A stretch of 63,520 nt of DNA, filler included, from Atractiella rhizophila (taxonomy: Eukaryota): assembly GCA_021432655.1 (NCBI GenBank). It is 8 parts of 7 records of this genome, joined end to end, with 100 filler letters (N's around TTAATTAATTAA, not from the genome) between each part and the next. Parts side by side here need not be neighbours in the genome. Positions count along the whole stretch, not along the records: positions 38,894 to 47,863 come from MU271976.1; positions 47,964 to 54,091 come from MU271978.1; 6 more parts are not named here. One strand, 5' to 3'. The position numbers were made by a program, and so were the translations under genes. Positions 39,796 to 51,956 of this stretch are shown here, piece by piece. The notes beneath the pieces are model-generated. The model did no database searches and was not told the DNA's origin. It worked only from the letters and a program-made list of their open reading frames with translations. Within the stretch, counting starts at the first letter, position 1, and each line of letters starts with the position of its first letter.

Positions 39796-41737
39796 CTAAA
39801 AATGCTGGTACTTGCCACTAGCCGAGCTCGAAGTGGCAGCGGAAGACCCTGGTCGTCCCCATTGGTCATATCCGTGAACATTCAAGCTAGCCTGCTGTGA
39901 GGAGGACTTTTCCGAACGCGAAGCCGATGGTTGTGGCTCCTGGGAGCCATAGCTTGGATACGGTTGATCAACCGGAGGGGGATATACGACTTCGACCTGG
40001 GTTGGAGAATACGTAGGAGAATGCGAGGCCCACGAGCTGGGTTTGAACTGTGGACTGAAACTGTCCTTTGCCTCTTCTCGATCGGCCCGATCACGTCCAC
40101 CACTTGGGCTGCCCGCCATGGCGTTCAGTTCCCCTTGGAGGAAGAACGGTTGACTGTCCCGCTCCACTAAGGCGGTTCGGATGCCTCCAATGATTGCTGG
40201 GAAACCGAAGATTGCTAATGTCCACCACGCCCACAAGTTGAGGGCAGCTGCCAACAAGTCATGATCAGTCAAATCCTCCCTTCCTTTAGGGAACAGGAGA
40301 CCGACCGAACCAATCTCCTTTTATTTGTCCATTGATTCCGAGTACTGAAATTGTGACTGCAAGAGCAAAGAGCGAGAGGGAGCCTCCAAAGAAAGCGAGG
40401 CCTTGAAGGAGCAGATCCTGCGTCGCGAGTTCCATATGGCGGACTGTCCCAAGCGAAATTCACACAGAGACCGAAAGACAGAAAAGAATCTTACCCTTTT
40501 CTTTGTTGCCTGATAGGGTCATAGGAACGTTTTGGCGGGCCGTGATGGCTTGCAAATCTTGGTCCAAGCGTCGATGGAGTTTAGCCTGTACTCGAATCTT
40601 CTTGTACATGAGGAAGAAAGCCGTTCCTCCGAGCTACAGCACATTTCATCAACCCATGGCCGATGGTCAATGGAGAGAGGAGAGGACGTACGGAGAGGAT
40701 GGTGAGCACGATCCAAGCGCACAGACTGCCATACAAAGCTCTCTGGGACGTAATGCATCGACCGGCCGACCCAGCTAATGATTCGAGAGGGGCCATGATT
40801 TGCAAGACACCATTCTGGATGCTGAAGTCGGCGCTTCCCTCTTCAGCAGCGAGGGTGAGGCTTGTGCGGTACGCCTTGTCATAATCGTTGAAAGCTTCAT
40901 CACACAATGCAGAAACAGCTCTGTCTCATCACTGTCAGCTCGCGTCATTGGTTGATGGAGGAAGGAAAGCGAACCCGTTGAGAGGAAGGAGCCAGAAAAC
41001 ATGAATTAGGGGGAGGAAGATAGTAAAGAAGAGAGAAGTGAGCCTGGTAGAACGGAGAGTGAATCGTGGACCAGTCGATTTCTGAATCGCACGAGATGTG
41101 AATTGAGCTTCGATGAGAGTTCCCAGCCCTCGAAACCAAGCCGCGAGGTATAGCCAGACCCTGACGTTCGTCCGTTACACCGATCAGCTCTAGGATGCCA
41201 CTTGAAGGGATCAAGACATCTTACCAACATAAGCCTCGAATTATGTATAATCCGGGATAGGTACGTTTTCCTTCAAATATTCCGATGGTTCTGCTAACGG
41301 CCACGATTGCAAAAGCGTAGTAAAGCGCCATGAAGGTGGTGAAGATGATCTGGAGATCCGCTCATCAATACCGATAATCAACTGGAAGTACAGAGGCACC
41401 AACCGGTGTGTTGGGTACGAGGTAACCCTCTGTTACGAAAGATGAGCCACTATTCTAATTCCAGGAGAGAGATGCGATGTAACGAACCGACTCGGCGCAT
41501 GAGTGGCAAGCTGCCTTTCCTAAGCCATAATGTCCACAAACAGCCTAATAGCAACAGTCCTTGCAAACCATTGACAACCATCAATTGGACCTTCGCTGAT
41601 TCCGGGAAGGAGGGATAGAAGATGGCTCGGACGATTACAGATATCCTAGCGAAAGGATCGGTGATTTGTCCGGTGAGAGCGGCTGCTACGATCTGAGTGA
41701 TAGCAGTCTCGAGTTCTTTCGCTACTCCTGAGGCCAT
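39796..41737 (-). CDS. Hypothetical multi-pass membrane protein; multi-exon
   Basis: Several hydrophobic exons (LQGLLLLGCLWTLWL; LYGSLCAWIVLTILSV; ALNLWAWWTLAIFGFPAIIGG) with a Ser/Pro-rich C-terminal tail; exon structure approximate. Confidence 0.55.
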
Positions 41738-43712
41738 GGTTGCAGTACCAAGCTGCAGCCGTGGGGAAGGAGGCCAGAGAGTTGCAGGGCTACTGGAGGT
41801 AGTGGCTGTGACGGTGGTCGAAAGGGAGGAAATTAAAGGAGGAAAAGGCTTTTATGATATGATCGAGAATTGAATGGAAGGGGAACCGGGCCAGATGCAG
41901 CCTACTTTATGCAGCCGTTTCCAGGCCCGAATCTCAAATCGTCAACATTGAACATAACTGAACCCATGTGCTTCGGCGTGTCCTCATCCCATGCAAATAA
42001 TAATGAGAACTTTCAATAAGACGTCCTTCTGTGGCGCCTCGGGGAGTGCCACTGCATGTCCAAATGCTCTCTAGATTGGCTCGGACGCAGCCTAACAGTG
42101 CCAAAAGCTCTGCAAGGGTTCACATAAAGGTTAAACAAAATAAAGCTGGACACAAAGGTGGGTCGTGACCTTCTGCTGCGGCGGACGGAATGATTGATCG
42201 AAGCAAACCGAAGAAACCCAAAAGTGTGGAAAAGCTAAAATGAGTACCCCAGCTTCTTCTAATGCGACGAAACCATGGAGCCATTATGAATGAAATTGGG
42301 ACGAGCTCATCTCACCAGCCACAAAGGAAGAGGTTGTCAAGGCAGAAGCTGAAGCTTGAAAGTGAACAGTCGCATCAGTGGTGAACATTGGCAATTTGTT
42401 CTTGTTCTGACACTTGTATCACATCTCGACTTGGAACCCTTTAGCCTGCGAACGTTCGAATATTCAGGCTTGTCCCGCAGGTAGACCGCATGAAGAGATG
42501 GAGATAGGGATGAACCTCGCCTCGGTTTCCGTGTACTTGGATAGGAATACAGTGTGACAGTGCGAAGCGGAAGTTCGTGACACTTCCTTTCAAGTAAGTT
42601 CTTCTACGCGAACCTGCGCGAGCTGACGCTTCCAAGAAACCACGTTGGGATGTAGGGAAAGTAAGGGGAGGAAGACTGAGCGCAAAGTTTCGTCCACCGA
42701 GGATGCTGGGCTCGAATCTGCTGGTCCAGCATGCTTCGATGCTTGTCAATGAAAGAAGAACGAGGAACGTACAGACCAGCCACAGATTTTCGAGGCAGCC
42801 ATTAATCATAGAGATTATTTCCCTCCGCGAAGTCCGGTCAGGTGACAAGCACAACGATATCGTGCTTCGAGACGTCCCTAATGAATATACCTATCTCCTC
42901 GCCAGTGTTCCGATCGCCGCCTTCCCGTTGCAGGCGATCTTGTCGGCGAAGAAGATGTTAATCAGTCCACGCATCTCAAGCTTTTTGGTTTGGGAAGGAA
43001 ACAGACTGCGCCAAAGTCGTATCCCCTATCGTGATGTACCGGCTCGGATTGCTGCGCTAACCTGTACCATTTAGAGGTATCTAAACTCAGTTCGAGCATT
43101 AAAACGTTTCGACTTTTGGAGACGTCAGCACGGCCCTCGTGTCCGCCCCTTGGCCACAGACCACGCGAGCGATGACGATGAAGCTCTCTGCCAGCCAGGA
43201 GTTCCAGAACAGCTGGCATATCTTCATAGGGAAGGAAGCGCATGGCAGCTTGCATGGGTATGACGACCGTCTTTGGGAGACACCATTTGATGATGTCCAG
43301 ATTTGTTCTCCTTCTTGGTTTCGTAACGTGGGAGATAGACCATCCGTGATTGAGGAGAAACGTACCATATTAGTCTGCGAAAACCTCGCAATCAGCAACG
43401 ACGACGGAGGGGCAGATTCTTGGATTCCACGAGGTTGGGTCAGGCAGGGGTAGGGTGAAGGACTTTTCCGTGTCATCGAGGGACGCAACTTTGCCAAATG
43501 TGATCAGTGACGTGCAGGAGAAAGAACTGACACGGTGTATCGCCCACCCCTTCAAAGCTTGAGCTGCACCATCTCACCTTGCTGATATTCTCCACCATGA
43601 ACACTGGACAACTCAGAGCAATTCACTTGAAAACAAATCGTACTTGGGGACTTGCTCCGCGAAAGGAAAAGTTTGACGTGTTCGACTTGTAGTACGGACC
43701 GGGAAGTCCAAG

Positions 43713-46700
43713 CAGCGCTATGATCACTGGCATCAAACCTCCCTTACTGGGATGTAGCATACTTGAATCCATTGTAGTGTCCTGTCTCTCCGTTGAAATG
43801 AGTTGGGATCATTCAAAGGTCTTTCCTTCACCAGAACATTCGACTCGGCGGCCGTGACATCTTAGTTATTAATGTATATCCCGTTTTGTCCACATCGTAA
43901 AAGAGCGGCGGCCGTTTTGGCTGTTGTCGTCGACATCCCACGCTCTTTGTACTTCATACTCTTTCCAGCAATGTAGGCACTCCATCTCAAACGTAAACAG
44001 TGAGATTGTGCATAACTCATTCCTTGTCAAGCACTGATGCTGTAGCGGACATAAGTGTGACTTCACCACCTTTGTCTTTGTGCATAGGAAGAAGGTACGC
44101 CATATTGCAGAGCTTTGCTTCTTTTGATTTCAGGCGTCGTTCATACATCTCCTTCTATATTCTCAGGCTACTGGAATTGCACTTGTATTTGTGATCAAGC
44201 GTCAGGCAGATCAACACATGGCGAATAAGCAAGGGGTTTTGGGAGATGTGACTGCCACTTCGTGTAAACTGATGCAAGAAAGAGAGCGAGAGAGCTCCTA
44301 CAACCGAGTTTGTCGCGTGCTTTCAATCGACACGTCAAGAATAAAGCAACTTTAATGGCAACAGTTGTACAGTTTTCTTCTTACTTTTGTCGCTTGTTGA
44401 CAACTTCAGTGGGGTATAAAGGTGAAAAAAGGAGCATATATCAGACAGCATTTCAACCAATAACGACAAGCTTAAGTAGAACGTTCGCACACTTGCAAGA
44501 AGAAGCGTGTAGTAACCAGGTAGAAGAATAAATGTCCACACGAACAGAGCAAGTTACTTTCAGGGCCATGATCGTTTTGCATATAGGACGATGATGACGA
44601 TGATATCATCGATTGAGCTCCATTCGAGGACAGCAATCCATATGCGGCTCTTCAGTTGATAGAAAGTATGTTGGATAAGGCACAAATTAGATCCTTACAA
44701 ATATATACTGCACCACTTCCTTTATACATTACACTTTCTTTCAACAGCTCCTCCCACCCAATCAAGACGCTGAAGCGCGCCGCTTCTCGTGGTAGGATTC
44801 AATAAACGTATGCTTCAACCAAAATGAGCGCTTTCACGTTCCACATCGTCCCAATTCAGGAAAGTCGGAGACCACAAATGCCAACTTTCCATCTATAAAG
44901 AAGCGCACCTGCTAGATGTCATAATGTCATACTGAGATCCAATCTCAGATTCTCTTTCCTTCCGCACCACCATTACAGTTATGGCCCTGTTGCTTCTAAA
45001 TGCTTCACGCACTCTACATAATCTCAATCCAGCTTGAATATTGCCACTCCTTTCCACCTTTCCTTTGCCTTTGGTTGGCAACACGGCTTTACTCTTTGGC
45101 TCATACCGACTGCAGCTCACAACAACGTCATCGCAACCTTGCTATCATCGGTACCGCAATGCCTCCGCCGCCAATTCACGAGCTTGACGGCACAAATCAG
45201 CAACAACCAAGTGCCTTTCGAAAGCCTTCGAGAGGCGTCTCGCCCAAGCCCATAAAAGTAGTATCAATATCGACCGAGCTAATGTCCAGCCAGAAAATAG
45301 AAGAGGCAGATGGGGAGCTGGAGCAGTTTAGGCAGGCAGTGGAGGAGGAGGTCACAAATGGACATTCCATGGGTGATAAGAGAGAGGGAAGCTCTAGTAG
45401 CTCTGGAAGCGTTACTGTGAGTTAATGTGTTTGATTGTGTGATTCTATTCCTGTTCGATAAAATCGCCTTCGGAAGACTTAGCTGTGAGGCCACAACACC
45501 GTGTCGTAGGGAAACACAGCGTCCAGACCAATGTTCGCTCGTTTGACTGCGTCGTATTACATGACGACCTTTATGTCTCTCTCTAGTTCACAATTTACCA
45601 CCGGAGTGAATAGATTGGACATCAAGAAGATAGGGTTGATCATACGGATGCTTTTTTCACTGCCAATCGAACCTTGACAGTGCATTTCTTTTACTGCCTG
45701 CATAAATTAAGTTCCTCATTCCTCAAGGGATTGAATCAAGTTGAAAGTACGGTAATCGACAAGATATGAGTTATTGATCTGGCATCATTGATCATGGCAT
45801 CGGATTGAACAGACAGCGTGCTGTGTTGACTGGAAAGAAGAAGCGCCGTGTGAGAGACCAAGGGGGAAACTCGCAACAGCGGCGCAATAATAGTACACAG
45901 GATGGGGAAAGTTTGTGTGCCTTGTAGTCACTGGTGTCATAATGCACATAACCCGCGACAGTCTTCTCATTTTTCGATTCTTCCCAACCCAAAGAAAGTG
46001 CAGATTTCGCGAAGCTCCATCCACGAAGATCTTTCTCGCACATTTCGAGTTAAATGCTCAATCAAAACCCCTTCCGCCATTTTAGCGGTGGGCATACAGT
46101 GATCGCCATGACATGCATTCAATTCAGAAAGGACATTGCTCATCCAATTGCTCACAGACGCTTGTTTCACCTCTTCCCCCAACCGTCAAACTAAGAAAGC
46201 GACGATCTCTCGATCCTCCTCGCCACGAAGCTTCCTCACCACCTCGAGGGAACGGGACCTCGTCGCGCTTCCGCACCCTCCCCCGATCCTTCACCCTCTC
46301 CCGCGCCGCCCGTCCAGCTGATCTCTCGTCTCTACCTTCCACTTCCTACGTTGACCTGCACCACGGCTCTGTCTCAAGGGCCACAAAGGACCTTCCTCCG
46401 CTCCCAGAGCACACAGCGATGGGGAGGGATCGGTCAAAGAGCTCAACAGCGCTATGATCACTGGCATCAAACCTCCCTTACTGGGATGTAGCATACTTGA
46501 ATCCATTGTAGTGTCCTGTCTCTCCGTTGAAATGAGTTGGGATCATTCAAAGGTCTTTCCTTCACCAGAACATTCGACTCGGCGGCCGTGACATCTTAGT
46601 TATTAATGTATATCCCGTTTTGTCCACATCGTAAAAGAGCGGCGGCCGTTTTGGCTGTTGTCGTCGACATCCCACGCACTTTGTACTTCATACTCTTTCC

Positions 46701-47863
46701 AGCAATGTAGGCACTCCATCTCAAACGTAAACAGTGAGATTGTGCATAACTCATTCCTTGTCAAGCACTGATGCTGTAGCGGATATAAGTGTGACTTCAC
46801 CACCTTTGTCTTTGTGCATAGGAAGAAGGTGCGCCATATTGCAGAGCTTTGCTTCTTTTGATTTCAGGCGTCGTTCATACATCTCCTTCTATATTCTCAG
46901 GCTACTGGAATTGCACTTGTATTTGTGATCAAGCGTCAGGCAGATCAACACATGGCGAATAAGCAAGGGGTTTTGGGAGATGTGACTGCCACTTCGTGTA
47001 AACTGATGCAAGAAAGAGAGCGAGAGAGCTCCTACAACCGAGTTTGTCGCGTGCTTTCAATCGATACGTCAAGGATAAAGCAACTTTAATGGCAACAGTT
47101 GTACAGTTTTTCTTACTTTTGTCGCTTGTTGACAACTTCAGTGGGGTATAAAGGTGAAAGAAGGAGCATATACAGACAGCATTTTAACCAATAACGACAA
47201 TCTTAAGTAGAACGTTCGCACACTTGCGAGAAGAGGTGTAGTAACCAGGTAGAAGAATAAATGTCACGAACAGAGCAAGTTCTTTCAGGGCCATGATCGT
47301 TTTGTATATAGGACGATGATGACGATGATATCATCGATTGAGCTCCATTCGAGGACAGCAATCCATATGCGGCTCTTCAGTTGATAGAAAGTATGTTGGA
47401 TAAGGCACAAATTAGATCCTTACAAATATATACTGCACCACTTCCTTTATACATTACACTTTCTTTCAACAGCTCCTCCCACCCAATCAAGACGCTGAAG
47501 CGCGCCGCTTCTCGTGGTAGGATTCAATAAACGTATGCTTCAACCAAAATGAGCGCTTTCACGTTCCACATCGTCCCAATTCAGGAAAGTCGGAGACCAC
47601 AAATGCCAACTTTCCATCTATAAAGAAGCGCACCTGCTAGATGTCATAATGTCATACTGAGATCCAATCTCAGATTCTCTTTCCTTCCGCACCACCATTA
47701 CAGTTATGGCCCTGTTGCTTCTAAATGCTTCACGCACTCTACATAATCTCAATCCAGCTTGAATATTGCCACTCCTTTCCACCTTTCCTTTGCCTTTGGT
47801 TGGCAACACGGCTTTACTCTTTGGCTCATACCGACTGCAGCTCACAACAACGTCATCGCAACC
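43713..47863. repeat. Near-identical tandem duplication, period ~2.73 kb (43713-45138 vs 46447-47863; second copy runs into the spacer)
   Basis: Both copies start CAGCGCTATGATCACTGGCATC and align for ~1.42 kb with few SNPs/indels; duplicate ORFs are visible in the ORF track. Confidence 0.97.
45159..46457 (+). CDS. Hypothetical low-complexity protein (2 exons), probably truncated by the duplication junction
   Basis: MPPPPIHELDG...SGSVT | intron 45417-46127 | KGHCSSNCSQ...RSKSSTAL-stop in frame; TATAAA at ~44894; the stop codon lies inside the start of the repeat copy. Confidence 0.5.
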
Positions 47864-48311
47864 NNNNNNNNNNNNNNNNNNNNNNNNNNNNNNNNNNNNN
47901 NNNNNNNTTAATTAATTAANNNNNNNNNNNNNNNNNNNNNNNNNNNNNNNNNNNNNNNNNNNNATAGGGATTTTGTCCTGATCGATTGCGATATGGATCG
48001 TTCTCGTCGTTTGGAAACCGCTGGTAGTGACCACTAGGATTCATGGGCTGTGACGGATTGGGTGGTCCTCTCTGCATCGTAGGATCCTCGACAGGAGCAG
48101 CGCTGCTTGTTGGGTTGTTCTGCCTCTGACGCCACTCACGGACCTTTCTTATAAAATCTTCGCTGGCCTGATATTCCGTTGTCCGAGTGTGGTCAATGTA
48201 AAGAAACACTGTAAGAGAAGTAAAATGTATACCGCTGCTACCGCAGGATCACTTTGTTAAAAAAGGACAACATTGTAGTGCACTGACGGTAAGAGACGTG
48301 TTTAATGTTGT

Positions 48312-49044
48312 TACGGTTAGCGGGAAGGAGGAGACAGAGAGAGTCAGAGCTGCGAAAGTGCAAGCTGTCCAAGCCGGTGTAAAAGCATGCCACTCACGAC
48401 TTGAATAAGATGGAGAGGAAAGCTCGGACAGCTAACGTCCTAGTAGTTGGCAGTAACGGAGGGACGTACCTGGTTGTCTTCATGCAGACTCTCTACTTTT
48501 GCAGTACGTCCGGTGTGAACTTCACTTGACCTTTGGCGAAAGGCCGGAAGGACCAACCAGAGACTAACATTTCTAAAGAAAAGCAACTATTTCACGTCCA
48601 GGAGGAAGTGCAAGGGAGTAAAGTTAACAAGCGAGACGTAACAGCCTGCAAAACCTAAATGTCAGCCGTGGCTCTAGAAACGAAGTCAACTGATACGTTT
48701 GTGAAAGACCTAGCAGTCGGAACTGTCTTTAGCGCTGTCGACAATGTCGGCGCCCAAACCGAACGAACCTGCCGCGAAAAGGATACGCTTTAGATTAGTA
48801 ACCGCATAGCTAAAGGCACAATCTAAGTCCTCTATACCATTGCAAAGGCTGACGTTTTCTACTGCTCGCTCGCTGTTCGGCAGTAGAACAAGATTAACGC
48901 TTCCTTCTTTAACACCCGTAGCTCTCAACCCCTCTTCCTCTCCTGCACCTAACCCGGTCTTAGACCCGGCTTTCGCGTTTCTACCCGTATAACTAACTTC
49001 TAACCTAAGCTCGACTCAACCTATTTCATACCTCTTCCGCGACT
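48312..49044. CDS. RRP46: Exosome complex component RRP46/EXOSC5 (RNase PH-like), readable only as the left-to-right complement
   Basis: Complement: ATG 48312, introns 48391-48439 and 48554-48598, TGA 49044; 212 aa MPIALPPLSLSVSTLSRSTGSATFSYGSSTVIASLHGPTEVRLRDENVMQATLEVNWKPLSGLPG...APRSLLQLTMQTL...AVTAAGLACLDGAFPMR. Confidence 0.88.
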
Positions 49045-49599
49045 CTGATAACTCTTAACAACTCTGTAACCTTCGACGGGTACCGCAGACTAGGACTCAG
49101 AGTAAGGTCCAGTGCAATTCCGGCAGTGCCTAGAGGGGACGTCAGATCCAGTAGAGTCTCAGAACGTAACGTAACTCGGTCTGACTCGGGATGATCACCC
49201 TCTTGTACACGACGAGGGCTACTCCGTTCACGCTACAGCGGGTGAAATTTAACGGCGCAAACAATCGGCGAGGGCTTCTCCACTCACACTCTTCTAACGG
49301 GTGAGATTAATGGAATGAAACGACCGACAGGTTCCGACACCCGCGAAAACGTTGACAGCTTTGTTCCAGTGGAAAGGCTACACCACAAGTTACCCGAGTC
49401 TCAAGCTCCCGTTCTTGCGAGTTGACTAGTTAGTTACTGTAGAAGGGCTTGGTACAGTTCGTCGTATAGTCCGGCCTTAGTCGAGAAACGCGGCACGTCG
49501 ACCACGAGCTCGCAACGAGAGAACAACTAAAACCACTTCCAGGCACGAGAGGACTCACCGCCCGACCCTAGTTTGTCGTCTCGGTAGAGGAAACAATGG

Positions 49600-51138
49600 T
49601 ACGAGCGACGGTTTCTAGGAAGTAACTATAGGACGTAGGTGACGTCGGCGTAGAAGTTCGTACGATCCTTCGCCCCTATAGTGCTTTGGTGGTATCGTAC
49701 CCTAGGATAACCCCATTCTTCACCAGGGACGTTCGGATCAACTACAATTGCTGACAACGAGTTTCCAGAAAGATCCTCTACACTGCTGATCAACGGGTCG
49801 TTCTTAAGTCCGACGCTTACAAATAGATTTTGCACCTTTTCCTTTCCTTGGAGTCCTCGTAGGTGGACAAGTGGTTAGAATAAACCCTGTCCGCTCGTCG
49901 CAGATCAAAAGCACAGTCTTGAGTCAGATTGGTAGAGTGTGTCCGCCAAATACCGGACAGAAGTAATCCTGGTGGTCTGGGAGGAAGACTCGACGTTACG
50001 TCTATGACAAGATCTAATCGTCAACTGTCCGGAACCCTGAAGGACGTTGTACCTGTGAACCAGCTGGACGCGTATATGGGTACAGTACTCTTGCTCCGTC
50101 TTCGAAACGTCCGAGCACAAAGCACCTTTTACGTTAGAGCGATTAGTCGATTTACATCCAGATGGACCTGACGAGGCTCAGAGTCTAGATGACCTAAACA
50201 CACCTCGTTGAGTTCAACCGAGAAAGAAAGACAATGTCATTAGCGTGGACTAGACGCAGCATCCTCCCGTTTCCGAACCCAAAAAAAGCACGCATGTAGG
50301 GTTTCGTGTTTTGTAAACTACTCGGAATATGTCCTTTCGTAAATGTCTAGTTCCAATGGGTCGTGGACTTCATTGGACCCACAGTCTGCCATTTCCACAT
50401 ATAGGAGCTGGAGAGTGACTTCGACGTGTGGCTCAACAAGCCCTATAGATGTCGGCGCTCAAGGGTGTGGAGCTGGAGAGATAGTAAAGTCAGAGTTGTG
50501 GAGGAGGAGTCGCTTGTCTTCTACTGCCGCCGCTATCTGCTTGGGTCTAAAGACCCCGATGACTACCCCTCCAGCTAGCTCCTTGTTGGAGAGGACGAGG
50601 TCGGTGGCGGAGGCACAGGGGTGGAAGAAGAAGAGTCGGGCGATGACGTTCCCGTCTATCTTAGGTCGCTCTTCGTTGAGGTAGTCACGGTGGTCTGCTA
50701 CTACCTTAAGCACAATCTGGCTACTTACGAAGCAGGTGGTTATGGTTATCGTTAGGTAGCAGGTGAAGGTTAAGACCACGATGAAGATTAGAAGGCGCCT
50801 GTTCGAGTTTGCTACGCAGGTGAAGGAGAGGTGAAGCTGCGCCTAACAGAAAGAGGAGTCTACCGCAAGAAGGAGCTTAACCGCAAGGAGGGACCTCCGG
50901 TTTCTGAGGGGGAGGTTCTGAGCTGGGAGCAATGCGTGTCTGAGGTCTTTGCTTGGGATAACGCGGTGGGTGTCTCAGTGGATGCGCTTTGTTACGGTTA
51001 CGCGGTGCTCTCAGAAGACCAAGAGTCGGAAGGCAGGATGGAGGCGAGTCGGGAGGTTGAGAAGGTTAGGTTGCTGAGGAAGATTAGAAGCATGAGGTGC
51101 AGTTCGGCTCGTGCGCTTGGGGGCACATGGTGCATGTC
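49600..51138. CDS. Hypothetical protein with two CxxC...H zinc-finger-like motifs and a long Ser/Pro/Asn-rich tail (complement-only reading); appears to continue on the minus strand at 48209-47964
   Basis: Complement: MLAAKDPSLISCIHCSRIFKHARKRGYHE...ELQCRYCSRLAVDRPWDFLQHGH...long last exon TDQGYPAPEVTWVSDGKGVYPRPL...; introns with branch sites. Confidence 0.65.
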
Positions 51139-51163
51139 NNNNNNNNNNNNNNNNNNNNNNNNN

Positions 51164-51724
51164 CTCACACGCGTTGGAGTGTTGGGCATAGCTCTAATGA
51201 CATGCGTCGAAGCAGGAACCCAAGATTTGAGCTGCTTGATTGTTGTTCCAGCCAGAATAGAAACTAATAGTTTTCCATCTAGAGCTTCGTGCATTTCTTG
51301 CAAAAGAGTTTTCGCTTGTTGAGGTTTACAGCTAGATAAACAATCAGTACGATTTATCGCTAAATCTTATAAACAACACACCAAAGGAGCACGACGTCGC
51401 TTTCCTTCACAGAAGCTAGATTTTCTCCCCTCCTAATCTCCACCCTTTCATCTCGAAAGACTTTCTTCAAATTCCGTACAGATTCGGGACGAGAAACGCA
51501 AGCGATAAAGCGGGATGGCAGGGCAGAAGGTTCGATCTCGACTGCAGGAGTAGAAGTGCCAGATGAGGACGGCGGCAGCCTCCCTGAAGATGGGGAAGAT
51601 AGAGAGTCTAATACACCTGAGAGGATGGAGATCCCCATAGTGCCACATCCTGCAAAACCTAGTCAGAATGCGCAAGATTGACGATCTCCAAGAGCCTACC
51701 CAGAACGCAGATGGTGTACGGCAT
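51164..51724 (-). CDS. PRO3: Pyrroline-5-carboxylate reductase, 5' half; truncated at gap
   Basis: MPYTICVLG-CGTMGISILSGV; SDVVLLCCKPQ-type spliced motif; GKLLVSILAGTTI; VIRAMPNTP. Confidence 0.93.
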
Positions 51725-51956
51725 TGTTTTGATCCCTTTTGATTTGAGAATCAGAATACAGGAATTGGCTTTGAAGCTTTGATGGCCTATTTCAAAGAAA
51801 CAGAAACAGATACAGCAGAAAACACCTGATATTGCTTTTGGTTTAATGGATGAGTCAAGGCAACTCATTCCATAACCCATCGTTCGGAACCGCTTCATCA
51901 CGTGGGAAATGTAAAAAAAGGTCTTTTTTCACAAATGGACCAATCTACAAGTAGCT

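Larger units (their letters stand above)
48210..51138. other. Block written reversed but not complemented (~2.9 kb)
   Basis: The plain complement read left-to-right gives spliced genes with canonical GT-AG introns and long ORFs; the given strands look TAG/CTA-rich and encode nothing recognisable. Confidence 0.95.

Noticed and set aside
43713..47863. Direct repeats as LTRs of a retroelement
   Set aside because: No TG...CA boundaries, primer-binding site, target-site duplication or gag/pol sequence; the internal region is a spliced cellular-type ORF.
50343..51322. ORFs of 106-163 aa listed in the track inside 48210-51138
   Set aside because: Shadows of low-complexity coding sequence in the reversed block; the meaningful reading is the left-to-right complement.
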